From the NCBI GenBank assembly GCA_035480855.1, contig DATIHJ010000019.1, positions 80,096 through 144,095 of the forward strand: 64,000 nucleotides of DNA. Direction: 5' to 3'. Of the stretch, positions 27,399-35,708 are shown one piece after another; the first letter of the stretch is position 1, and each line of letters begins with the position of its first letter. Both the position numbers and the translations under genes were made by a program. The notes under the pieces were generated by a model. It ran no database searches and had not been told where the DNA came from. It was given only the letters and a program-made list of their open reading frames with translations. Origin of the DNA: Patescibacteria group bacterium (lineage in GTDB: Bacteria > Patescibacteriota > Saccharimonadia > Saccharimonadales > JANWIN01).

Positions 27399-27473
27399 TG
27401 GCAGGGGCACGTGGAATCGAACCACGATCTAGGGTTTTGGAGACCCTTATACTAACCGTTGTACTATGCCCCT
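27399..27473 (-). tRNA. tRNA-Trp (anticodon CCA), CCA end encoded
   Basis: Reverse complement folds as AGGGGCA...TGCCCCT, anticodon stem AGGGT/ACCCT with loop CTCCAAA, T arm CGTGG-TTCGATT-CCACG. Confidence 0.92.
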
Positions 27474-27571
27474 ATAACCTACAGCAGTAATAATAATCTA
27501 TCTGCACCGTCCTGTCACCAGGGTACGCCTCTTTTCATCTAGGGAGAAATCTGCTATACCATAGGTTAGTT

Positions 27572-28231
27572 ATGAACAAACTTGTGCTGAGTAAACCAAC
27601 GCTAATTATGCTCTACGGCTTCCCTGGGGCAGGTAAAACACATTTTTCTCGTCAATTATCCGATGCAGTCAGCATTGCACATGTTAGTGGTGATCGCATA
27701 CGTTTTGAATTATTTGAAAAACCACATTACGACAAACAAGAAAACGATGTGGTCAACCATCTTATGGAATACATGACAGAGGAATTCTTGCAGGCAGGTG
27801 TAAGCGTTATTTATGATGACAATGCCATGCGCCTAAGCCAACGTCGGGCACTACGCGATATGGCCCGCAAAGCACACGCCCAGCCCGTTCTTATTTGGAT
27901 ACAAATTGACCCAGACAGCGCCCAGGTCCGGCTTAGTGGCCGAGATAAGCGCAAAGCAGACGACAAATACGCTGCAGATTACGATAAACACGGTTTTGAA
28001 ACATATAGTGGCCACATGCAAAACCCACGTAACGAAGATTATATTGTCATCAGCGGCAAACATACCTTTAATACCCAAAAAAGCGCTGTGGTCAAAAAGC
28101 TTTATGACCTGGGTTTGCTCAGCGCAGATAATGCGACCACAAAGGTAGTCAAGCCAGGGCTTGTAAACCTCGTGCCAAACATGGCAGCTGGACGGGTAGA
28201 CATGACCCGCCGCAACATCGTAATTCGTTAA
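27572..28231 (+). CDS. P-loop kinase-like ATP-binding protein (AAA_33 / zeta-toxin-like fold)
   Basis: Walker A in LIMLYGFPGAGKTHFS. No further specificity recognisable. Confidence 0.6.
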   Translation: MNKLVLSKPTLIMLYGFPGAGKTHFSRQLSDAVSIAHVSGDRIRFELFEKPHYDKQENDVVNHLMEYMTEEFLQAGVSVIYDDNAMRLSQRRALRDMARKAHAQPVLIWIQIDPDSAQVRLSGRDKRKADDKYAADYDKHGFETYSGHMQNPRNEDYIVISGKHTFNTQKSAVVKKLYDLGLLSADNATTKVVKPGLVNLVPNMAAGRVDMTRRNIVIR

Positions 28232-28927
28232 ATGGCTTATAAGCAACTAGAAGTGCCAGGTGTTGGCACCGTAAAACTTTATAAAAGGCGTGACGCTAGG
28301 GCTCTTAAGATTACTATTGCTCACGACAACCATATACGAGTTACTCTACCCATGTGGCTGCCATATAGGGCAGGTCTGGAGTTTGTCAAAATAAAGCAAG
28401 ACTGGATTGCTACGCACCGCCGTACACAAAACGTTCTTTTAGAGGGCCAACTAATTGGTAAATCACACCGTCTCCGTTTTGTAGCAGCAGAGTACGCCCC
28501 TACCCAGAGCACCAGAGTTACCACGCAAGAAATACGTATTATGCTGGCACCAAATACTCAATCTAGCAGCCCAGGCGCACAGCAACTGGCAAAACAAGCC
28601 AGTATAAAAGCCCTGAGACAAGAGGCAGAGGCCCTGCTCCCAATACGCCTTAAACAGCTAGCCACACAATATGGATTTGAGTATAAATCTGTGAGTATCA
28701 AGCAACTAAAAGCACGCTGGGGGAGCTGCAGTCACCAGCAGCATATTTCACTCAGCCTGTTTCTTATGTTATTGCCCTGGCCCCTAATAGACTACGTGCT
28801 ATTACATGAACTAACTCACACCAAAGCTCTCAACCACGGAAAAGATTTTTGGGATATTTTATTACGTTGCCAGCCTAAAGCTAAAGAACTACGGCGAGAG
28901 CTGCGTGCTCACCAGCCAAGTTTGTAA
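28232..28927 (+). CDS. YgjP-like metal-dependent hydrolase (DUF45 / M48-like, COG1451)
   Basis: HELTHTKALNHGKDFW zinc-binding motif near the C-terminus. The ATG directly abuts the previous stop. Confidence 0.75.
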   Translation: MAYKQLEVPGVGTVKLYKRRDARALKITIAHDNHIRVTLPMWLPYRAGLEFVKIKQDWIATHRRTQNVLLEGQLIGKSHRLRFVAAEYAPTQSTRVTTQEIRIMLAPNTQSSSPGAQQLAKQASIKALRQEAEALLPIRLKQLATQYGFEYKSVSIKQLKARWGSCSHQQHISLSLFLMLLPWPLIDYVLLHELTHTKALNHGKDFWDILLRCQPKAKELRRELRAHQPSL

Positions 28928-28945
28928 ACAACCATAAGCGGTCTA

Positions 28946-28954
28946 TGGCATAAT
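28946..28954 (+). promoter_or_regulatory. Extended -10 TGgCATAAT 6 nt upstream of ATG 28961 (leaderless geometry)
   Basis: CATAAT at 28949-54. No SD. Confidence 0.45.
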
Positions 28955-28960
28955 ACAGGT

Positions 28961-30064
28961 ATGCCCCAAGACACAGCGCCGGTACCACAGAATGATGCCC
29001 AAATTGAGCGTGAGCGTTTAATTAGTCTAATCAATAGTATGGCAGACGGAGTTATTGCCATAAATGAGGCTAAGGTAGTAGTTATCTACAATGGAGCTGC
29101 GCTTAATATTTTGGATGTAAACAGCACTATCACCGGAATGCCCATCGACAAAGCTATTAAACTAGTAGACAAAAATAACCAGCCAGTAAACGTAGTCGAG
29201 CTAATCAACCAAACTACTCGTGCCTACTCCACTCGGGATCTGCTTATACAATACACAGGCGGTGGCACCATTAACCTTTACCTTAGCATTGCACCTGTAC
29301 ATCTAGGCTTCGGCAAAAGCGGCGCTCATGGCCATGTCCTGCTACTACGTGACATTACAAGAGAAAAATCACTTGAGGAAGAGCGTGATGAGTTTATTAG
29401 TGTTGCTAGCCATGAACTTAGGACGCCCATTGCCATTGCCGAAGGCAACATCAGCAACGCCCAAATGATTACTGACAAAGGTGGTGACATAGAGCAGGTC
29501 AAGAGTGCCCTCAAACAGGCATACGACCAAATAACCTTTTTGTCCGGCCTAATTAATGATCTGGCCACGCTTTCTCGCGCCGAGAGAGGTAAGTTAACTG
29601 CAGACGTTGAAGACATAAATGCGCATCAGCTATTAGATGATTTAGCGGCTAACTATAAGCCACAGGCAGAGTCCAAACATTTGCAGCTACTTACAGAAAT
29701 AGACCCAATGCTTGAGGTATTAAAGTCTAACGGGCTTTACGTACGTGAAATGCTGCAAAATTTTATTACCAATGCCATAAAATATACAGAGACTGGCAGT
29801 ATCACCATAGGTGCGCGTACACAGGACAAAGGAATAATGTTTTGGGTGCGTGATACAGGTATAGGTATCAGCAAAAGCGACCAAGACAAAGTATTCGACA
29901 AATTCTTTCGCTCAGAGGATTTTCGCACCCGACAAAGCAAAGGCACAGGCCTTGGTTTGTACGTAACAATGAAACTAGCTAGACTGCTACATGCCGAGAT
30001 TGACTTGCATAGTGAACTCAATAAAGGATCGACCTTTCAAATCTATGTGCCAAACTTATCATAA
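28961..30064 (+). CDS. Cytoplasmic sensor histidine kinase (PAS-like domain + HisKA + HATPase_c)
   Basis: H-box SHELRTPI, N box NAIKYT, G boxes DTGIGI and GTGLGL. No TM segment. Confidence 0.88.
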   Translation: MPQDTAPVPQNDAQIERERLISLINSMADGVIAINEAKVVVIYNGAALNILDVNSTITGMPIDKAIKLVDKNNQPVNVVELINQTTRAYSTRDLLIQYTGGGTINLYLSIAPVHLGFGKSGAHGHVLLLRDITREKSLEEERDEFISVASHELRTPIAIAEGNISNAQMITDKGGDIEQVKSALKQAYDQITFLSGLINDLATLSRAERGKLTADVEDINAHQLLDDLAANYKPQAESKHLQLLTEIDPMLEVLKSNGLYVREMLQNFITNAIKYTETGSITIGARTQDKGIMFWVRDTGIGISKSDQDKVFDKFFRSEDFRTRQSKGTGLGLYVTMKLARLLHAEIDLHSELNKGSTFQIYVPNLS

Positions 30065-30107
30065 TTGTGTTGACCGGTGTGATGGGATAGAGTACTATTG
30101 ACAAGTG

Positions 30108-30134
30108 AAGACCTACAACGTGTAGGTTTTTTTT
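30108..30134 (+). terminator. Intrinsic terminator between the histidine kinase and secE
   Basis: ACCTACA (30111-17), loop ACG, TGTAGGT (30121-27) followed by a T8 tract. 13 nt before the secE ATG. Confidence 0.65.
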
Positions 30135-30147
30135 ATTAGGAGAATAC

Positions 30148-30570
30148 ATGGCAGACAGCGAAGCTAAACCGAAGCGTAAGGTCCGACCAGCGCCAACAGT
30201 CCGGGAACAAACAGAAGAAGCAGCTAAGCCCAAAACACAGGGGCGTCGTGTGCGTGCAACTGCCGCTGCCTCAAAGCCTATCCGGGCAACCGGAAGTGCT
30301 ATTGGACGTGGTTTGCGACCTTTTAGGTTTTTGCTTGCCCCATTTCATAATCGGCCAATGCGCTTTATTGGCCGCAAGCTATATATCATTACCGGTGCTC
30401 GTTATTTCCGCAACTCTTGGAAAGAGCTAAAACTGGTTACATGGCCAAACCGCAAACAAACAGCTCAGCTAACATTTGCTGTGTTCGTTTTTGCTGCAGT
30501 GTTTGGCATTTTGGTGACCATAACAGATTATGGCTTAGACAAGATATTTAAACGCATTTTATTAAAGTAG
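30148..30570 (+). CDS. secE: Preprotein translocase subunit SecE with a basic N-terminal extension of about 70 aa
   Basis: C-terminal WKELKLVTWPNRKQTAQLTFAVFVFAAVFGILV is the SecE core. SD AGGAGA upstream. Confidence 0.88.
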   Translation: MADSEAKPKRKVRPAPTVREQTEEAAKPKTQGRRVRATAAASKPIRATGSAIGRGLRPFRFLLAPFHNRPMRFIGRKLYIITGARYFRNSWKELKLVTWPNRKQTAQLTFAVFVFAAVFGILVTITDYGLDKIFKRILLK

Positions 30571-30579
30571 GAGCAGATA

Positions 30580-31122
30580 ATGACCAAACGTTATGACACA
30601 AGCAAGCAATGGTATGCCATACATACCTATAGTGGCTACGAAGAAAAAGTAGCAGAATCTATTCGCCAACGCGCAGATAGCTTGGATATGAAGGATAAGA
30701 TTTTTGAGATCTTAGTACCTAAAGAAAAGATGATAGAGATCAAAAATGGCAAACGCAAAGTGGTAGAAAAGAGAATCTTCCAAGGATACGTTCTTGTGCA
30801 GATGAAGCTGAGCGAAGATGCATGGTACATTGTACGTAATACTCCAAGCGTGACAGGATTTGTGGGCAGCGGTACCGAGCCGACACCCATTAGCTTGGAC
30901 GAAATGGAAAAGATCCAGAAACGTATGGGCTTGGAACAGCCTAAGCACAAGATTGATTACAATGTGGGTGAAGTAGTAAGTATTACAGACGGGCCATTTA
31001 AAGGCTTTGATGGCAGCATCAATGAGATTGACCCCCAAAAGGGCAAACTCAAGGTGTTAGTAAACATGTTTGGCCGTGAAACACCAGTAGAACTGGATAG
31101 TCTACAAGTTAAACGAGTTTAA
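30580..31122 (+). CDS. nusG: Transcription termination/antitermination factor NusG
   Basis: KQWYAIHTYSGYEEKV NGN start and C-terminal KOW motif (VGEVVSITDGPFKGFDG). Confidence 0.95.
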   Translation: MTKRYDTSKQWYAIHTYSGYEEKVAESIRQRADSLDMKDKIFEILVPKEKMIEIKNGKRKVVEKRIFQGYVLVQMKLSEDAWYIVRNTPSVTGFVGSGTEPTPISLDEMEKIQKRMGLEQPKHKIDYNVGEVVSITDGPFKGFDGSINEIDPQKGKLKVLVNMFGRETPVELDSLQVKRV

Positions 31123-31132
31123 AAAAGTTAAC

Positions 31133-31465
31133 ATGACTACATCAATCGAACATGATGGATTAGGACGGCAAGTATTTGATAAAGTGGTGAATCATGCGGC
31201 AGCACCCTCTGACGTTGTAGCTGATCTGAGTTTTCTTGAGATGTCAGATGCAACTGATTTATTGTATGAAGACGGAGATTACTCACCCGCGCAGCGCATA
31301 AGGTTGAGAGGGCTAGGAATCCAGATTTTTACAGAGGCGCTGGAAAGACACGCACTTGGTTTGATACCAATAGCAGAGTGTGAGCAGGCTCATACTGATT
31401 ATCTAGATGTAATGCTTGACGCTGGAAAATGGCTTGCGCGACATCAGCCTGGACAACAGGGGTGA
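31133..31465 (+). CDS. Orphan acidic 110-aa ORF between nusG and rplK
   Basis: Open frame 10 nt after the nusG stop. No SD and no recognisable family. Confidence 0.35.
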   Translation: MTTSIEHDGLGRQVFDKVVNHAAAPSDVVADLSFLEMSDATDLLYEDGDYSPAQRIRLRGLGIQIFTEALERHALGLIPIAECEQAHTDYLDVMLDAGKWLARHQPGQQG

Positions 31466-31534
31466 AGTATAGTAGACTACTCTAGTTACGCACGAGAGAC
31501 GAGGAGCTTCTATCCCCGTTATTAAGGATTAATT

Positions 31535-31963
31535 ATGGCCGAGAAAAAAGTTACAGCTAATTTAAAGATGAAGATACCTGCTGGCAAGGCTACTGCCGCG
31601 CCGCCAGTGGGCAGCACGCTTGGCCAGTACGGCGTAAATATGATGGACTTTATTACGCCTTTTAACGAGCAAACCAAGGAGCTTAAAGGCACCGTAACAG
31701 CCCACATAACTATATTTGAGGACCGCACCATGGCCTTTCGGGTTGTTAGCCAACCCACAGACGACCTTATCCGTGCCAAACTGGGCATTGACAAAGGTTC
31801 AGGCAAACCTAACAGCGAAAAGATAGAAAAGAAGTTATCTGACCAGCAACTAACAGAGATTGCCCAAGAAAAGGCTAATGATATGAACGCCGAGGACATT
31901 GAGGCCATCAAAAAGATTGTAGCCGGCACCGCACGCAGTATGGGCGTAGAGATAGGCAATTAG
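31535..31963 (+). CDS. rplK: 50S ribosomal protein L11
   Basis: IPAGKATAAPPVGSTLGQYGVNMMDF motif. Confidence 0.96.
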   Translation: MAEKKVTANLKMKIPAGKATAAPPVGSTLGQYGVNMMDFITPFNEQTKELKGTVTAHITIFEDRTMAFRVVSQPTDDLIRAKLGIDKGSGKPNSEKIEKKLSDQQLTEIAQEKANDMNAEDIEAIKKIVAGTARSMGVEIGN

Positions 31964-31964
31964 T

Positions 31965-32183
31965 ATGAAGACTGAGCATTTTGTTACTCTTGTTCCTGTA
32001 GTAACTCAAAGAGAAGGAATAGATTTGAATAGTGCGGCTAAGGTTGTGTTTGAATCTAGAGCAGACAATATGAGTGGACCCTTCATGAACAGACGTAATT
32101 TTTCGTCTGATTTTTATAGACCCCCAACTCCGGAGCAAAGTGCCGCCTATTTCGCCATCCAAAGTTGCATGATTGAATTTTAA
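31965..32183 (+). CDS. Orphan 72-aa ORF between rplK and rplA
   Basis: ATG 1 nt after the rplK stop. No SD and no recognisable family. Confidence 0.3.
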   Translation: MKTEHFVTLVPVVTQREGIDLNSAAKVVFESRADNMSGPFMNRRNFSSDFYRPPTPEQSAAYFAIQSCMIEF

Positions 32184-32238
32184 TTAATTTTGTGGGAGCA
32201 CGTTATAAGACGTGCGTTTGCACCACGAAGGAGAAAAT

Positions 32239-33261
32239 ATGGCGGAAGCCAAGAAAGCTGCCAAGGCAGCAGAAAAGAAACCATTAGTAAAGAAGAAAGT
32301 TGTTGCTGAAAAGACTCCAACTGCGAAGAAAGCTGTTGCCAAGAAAGAACCGGCAAGCAAAAAGACAGCTCCTGCTGAAAAGCCAGCCGATAAAGAGGTT
32401 ATAAAGCCTGTAGAGAAAACAGAGGAACCTGTAGTTGCTAAAGCAGGTAAGCGAAGTGCTAAAGCTCTCCAAGAGACTGAAGAAAAACTAGCCAAAGAAG
32501 AGCACAAGGCCGAGATATCTGAAGAAAAGGAATCTAAAGCTCCCAGAAAGCCAGAAAAACCTGCCCGTTCCAAGCTTGAACGACGCAGTAAGAAATACCG
32601 TGATGCTACTAAACTTATAGAAAAGGATAAAGAGTATTCCGCCAAGGATGCTTTGGAGCTTGCTATAAAAACAAGTACCGTTAAGTTTGATGCAACGGTG
32701 GAACTTCATGTAAACCTAGATGTTGACCCCAAACAGGCAGACCAAAATATTCGTGGTACTGTAACATTGCCATCTGGTAGTGGCAAAACAGTACGCGTAG
32801 CTGTGTTTGTTGAGGCAGATAAAGTAGCAGAAGCTAAAAAAGCTGGTGCAGACATTGCCGGGATAGAAGAAATTGTTAAACTCCTAGATAAAGAGTCCAT
32901 GGACTTTGATGTGCTCATCTCTCCGCCAACTCTAATGTCCCAGCTCGGGAAATACGCCCGTTTGCTAGGTCCTAGAGGCCTTATGCCTAACCCAAAGAGT
33001 GGAACTGTAACAACAGACATTAAAAAGGCGATTACAGAAGCCAAAGCTGGTCGAGTAGAATACCGCGTAGACAGTACGGGTATTGTGCACCTGGGCATTG
33101 GTAAGGTCAGTTTTGGTGCCGATAAACTTGTTCCTAACGCAGAGGCAGTGCTGGGCGCTATCCGTAGTGCAAAGCCTGCATCACTCAAGGGCAATTACGT
33201 TAAATCTGTTTACGTGACCAGCACAATGGGCCCCAGCGTCCGACTATCAACTACGATATAA
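32239..33261 (+). CDS. rplA: 50S ribosomal protein L1 with a K/A/E/P-rich N-terminal extension of about 110 aa
   Basis: ATG 32239 follows SD GAAGGAGAA (the ORF track GTG at 32212 has none). The L1 core begins near RSKKYRDATKLIEKDKEYS. Confidence 0.92.
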   Translation: MAEAKKAAKAAEKKPLVKKKVVAEKTPTAKKAVAKKEPASKKTAPAEKPADKEVIKPVEKTEEPVVAKAGKRSAKALQETEEKLAKEEHKAEISEEKESKAPRKPEKPARSKLERRSKKYRDATKLIEKDKEYSAKDALELAIKTSTVKFDATVELHVNLDVDPKQADQNIRGTVTLPSGSGKTVRVAVFVEADKVAEAKKAGADIAGIEEIVKLLDKESMDFDVLISPPTLMSQLGKYARLLGPRGLMPNPKSGTVTTDIKKAITEAKAGRVEYRVDSTGIVHLGIGKVSFGADKLVPNAEAVLGAIRSAKPASLKGNYVKSVYVTSTMGPSVRLSTTI

Positions 33262-33262
33262 T
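33257..33262 (+). promoter_or_regulatory. -10 box TATAAT spanning the rplA stop, 7 nt upstream of the tmk ATG (leaderless geometry)
   Basis: No SD before ATG 33270. Confidence 0.35.
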
Positions 33263-33269
33263 ACTTACA

Positions 33270-33896
33270 ATGAACGGCTACATAATTGCCATAGACGGGC
33301 CAGATGGCGTGGGCAAGTCAACCCAGGCTGAACTTCTTCGGAAATACCTAGTAGGTAAGGGGCACAAAGTCCATTTTACCCGAGCATCTGGTGGTACACC
33401 TATTGGCGAGGAACTACGCCGTGCCTCGCTATCACACCACCCCCGCCCAGTCGAAACAGATCTACATATATCCCTAGCAATGCAGACGGCACTCGGTTTT
33501 GACCTGCAAAAGCGAAAAAAGGCAGGCGAGGTTATAGTTGTAGATAGAAGTCCACTGGCAATTGTGGCCTATCAAGTATACGGTAATCAACTAAAGCCCG
33601 AATCTGATGGGTTCGATGCCTGTGAGAAAATGCTGCGGATATGGGGCATAGATACACTATTTGTACTTGAAGCTCCCCAGCCAGTGCTAGATGATCGGCG
33701 CAAAAAGCGACTTAAGGACAGTGATTATTTTGAAGACCAGCCGGCAGACTATCACCACCGTGTACAGGAAGGTTATAGAGACGCCCAAGCTGCTGTACGC
33801 AAGATTGATCTACCTATGAAGACAATTACAATTGACGCCAGGCCATCTGCCGAAATAATTCACCAAAATATACTAAAGCATATCCCTAAGAACTAA
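33270..33896 (+). CDS. tmk: Thymidylate kinase (stand-alone copy)
   Basis: IAIDGPDGVGKSTQ P-loop and DRSPLAIVAYQVYG motif. Confidence 0.85.
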   Translation: MNGYIIAIDGPDGVGKSTQAELLRKYLVGKGHKVHFTRASGGTPIGEELRRASLSHHPRPVETDLHISLAMQTALGFDLQKRKKAGEVIVVDRSPLAIVAYQVYGNQLKPESDGFDACEKMLRIWGIDTLFVLEAPQPVLDDRRKKRLKDSDYFEDQPADYHHRVQEGYRDAQAAVRKIDLPMKTITIDARPSAEIIHQNILKHIPKN

Positions 33897-35595
33897 TTTT
33901 TAAGCCATGATGAACACGCATGGCCTTATTTAGGGCATTTACCACTCGGCTAAAGGTTCGTATGCCGCCTTTGTATGCTATGTAGCGATTCTGCCAACGT
34001 GGCTCGTATTTTGCCTTGAACCGATACAGTCCACTGAATGAGTAAAATCGGTCGCCGTTTGCGTATACGAACTGTAAAGCGCTATCGATAATGGTCTTAT
34101 CTTCGTCGGCCTGGTATTTGAGGCCAGTAAGCGGGCAAAGTCCCAGATTAAGACTGTCAAACCCGTTTGCGTGCAGATATTTGGCAAATTCTATCAGTAA
34201 AAAGTCATTGGTATTACTTATTGCCACACTACTTTGCCGCAGCAAGTCGTAGTTAGCTTCTTTTACGTCAAAACTGGGTATTTGGTTTATAAATCCCTGT
34301 ACAATTCCATCTTTATCAATTGCGGCCAAAATATGGCTCATTTGCATATATTCCGCTGTGAAATGTCCCATCATTAACCCTCGCTCTGCTCGTCCTGGAA
34401 GTTTGAGCCATTCATTAGAAATGTTACGCAGGCGATTTATGAGTTCTGGAGAATGAGGCGGTAAAAGCATCTTAGCCTCATAACCCTCGCGTCCAAACCG
34501 GTTACTAATTTGACGGAAATATTTATTACGGCTAGTGGACTGAGTGAATTCGCCCAATTCAAGAATTGCTTCCTGACCAATTTTTTGTAGGCTATAACCA
34601 TTAGTTTTGTAGAAACTAGACCATTTTGGCTCAGTGTGTATAAATGCCGGAGTCCAATCGTTTGTGCGGCAAAGCTCATGGAATTTTGTAAGCAGTTGGG
34701 CGGTAGCAACTTTCTGCCCGACAGGATCGCCTACAACTAAAGCCACTCCGCGCTCTACGCGGAATGCCAGCCCAGCCTGGTTACCAGCCGCTAAATAATA
34801 GCCTTTATCATGCGGCCAAAGTTTAAAGAAATCTTCACTGGAGCCGCCATACCGCTCCAATAGCTCCTTTAGTATTAAACGGTTGCGGTTCTGGTCACTC
34901 AACCGCGCTTTAATCGGTTGAAATAACGAAATCGCTACATATGCCAAGGCCGTAGCGCTGACTAACGACAGTGAGTTTAAAAACAGATGTCCTCGAGCAG
35001 TAAAGGCGATTAGCGCCTTATTAGTAGTTAAGCCAAACTGGTCCACCGTATAGTGTGCGGCTTGGACTAGGCTTATTTCTTGTCTAAAATCATGCTTATC
35101 AAGCAGCTGGAATCCAATTACCCCATACAAAAAGGCTATGATGAGTACTAGACAAATAAACCGCAGGGACAGGGCAAAGTTGCGAATATCACTCCTGACT
35201 GTAAACTCATGACGGTAGTACGCTAGGCTACATAGTACGACCAGAGGTAAAACGATAGATCGCAAGAAGTGTGTAGCGCCAAAATCATCAAACGACATAG
35301 ATGACAGATAGGGTGCTGTATTTAGACCCAGCAAAAATGCATACAGGCCAATGGTAATCGCCCAGGCAATCTGTTTCCGACGTACTAGCAAGGTAGATAG
35401 ATAAATAAAACTCATACCAATAATTATTGACACACTTATTCGGGCGTCGCTGGTTGCGGTATGTCTAAAAATAGTAATGTGGCTGGCGAGCACACTGGCA
35501 ATAATCAACAGGCCGTTAGCAAATACGCCAAAGGCCACTAGCCTGAGGACAAACAGTTTGCGTACTAAATGCCGCTTTTGCTGGGTATCAGCCAT
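33886..35595 (-). CDS. mprF: Aminoacyl-phosphatidylglycerol synthase (MprF-type C-terminal DUF2156 domain with an N-terminal polytopic membrane domain)
   Basis: 6-7 N-terminal TM helices. C-terminal FVYANGDRFYSFSGLYRFKAKYEPRWQNRYIAY is typical of lysyl-PG synthase domains. Confidence 0.75.
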   Translation of the reverse strand: MADTQQKRHLVRKLFVLRLVAFGVFANGLLIIASVLASHITIFRHTATSDARISVSIIIGMSFIYLSTLLVRRKQIAWAITIGLYAFLLGLNTAPYLSSMSFDDFGATHFLRSIVLPLVVLCSLAYYRHEFTVRSDIRNFALSLRFICLVLIIAFLYGVIGFQLLDKHDFRQEISLVQAAHYTVDQFGLTTNKALIAFTARGHLFLNSLSLVSATALAYVAISLFQPIKARLSDQNRNRLILKELLERYGGSSEDFFKLWPHDKGYYLAAGNQAGLAFRVERGVALVVGDPVGQKVATAQLLTKFHELCRTNDWTPAFIHTEPKWSSFYKTNGYSLQKIGQEAILELGEFTQSTSRNKYFRQISNRFGREGYEAKMLLPPHSPELINRLRNISNEWLKLPGRAERGLMMGHFTAEYMQMSHILAAIDKDGIVQGFINQIPSFDVKEANYDLLRQSSVAISNTNDFLLIEFAKYLHANGFDSLNLGLCPLTGLKYQADEDKTIIDSALQFVYANGDRFYSFSGLYRFKAKYEPRWQNRYIAYKGGIRTFSRVVNALNKAMRVHHGLKISS

Positions 35596-35603
35596 GTATA
35601 GAT

Positions 35604-35609
35604 ATTGTA
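35604..35609 (-). promoter_or_regulatory. -10 box TACAAT 8 nt upstream of the mprF-like ATG (leaderless geometry)
   Basis: The minus strand reads TACAAT-atctatac-ATG. No SD. Confidence 0.35.
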
Positions 35610-35708
35610 TACTGTCAGCTGCATAAGCTTATTACTAAAAAGAAGTTGTAATATTTCCAGTCCTACTTGCCAGCCTGTCAAATCATTTCGTACAATGGTT
35701 ATAGTTAA

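Noticed and set aside
30070-30098. Promoter-like TTGACC-17 nt-TACTAT immediately upstream of the terminator that precedes secE.
   Set aside because: A transcript from it would begin about 5 nt before the terminator stem, and no mini-ORF or alternative pairing was found. It is more likely a chance match, with secE expressed by read-through or from an unrecognised start.
32184-32645. Long antisense ORFs opposite well-supported genes. Examples are 32184-32645 and 32706-33194 opposite rplA, 40434-40877 opposite rplL, 2005-2460 opposite tuf, 5971-6301 opposite rplB, 18372-18743 opposite rpsI, 43612-44178 opposite dnaB and 31522-31959 opposite rplK.
   Set aside because: They mirror the codon structure or the low-complexity K/A/E tails of strongly supported sense genes. 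They yield Ser/Ala/Leu-rich nonsense, have no SD or promoter, and match no family.
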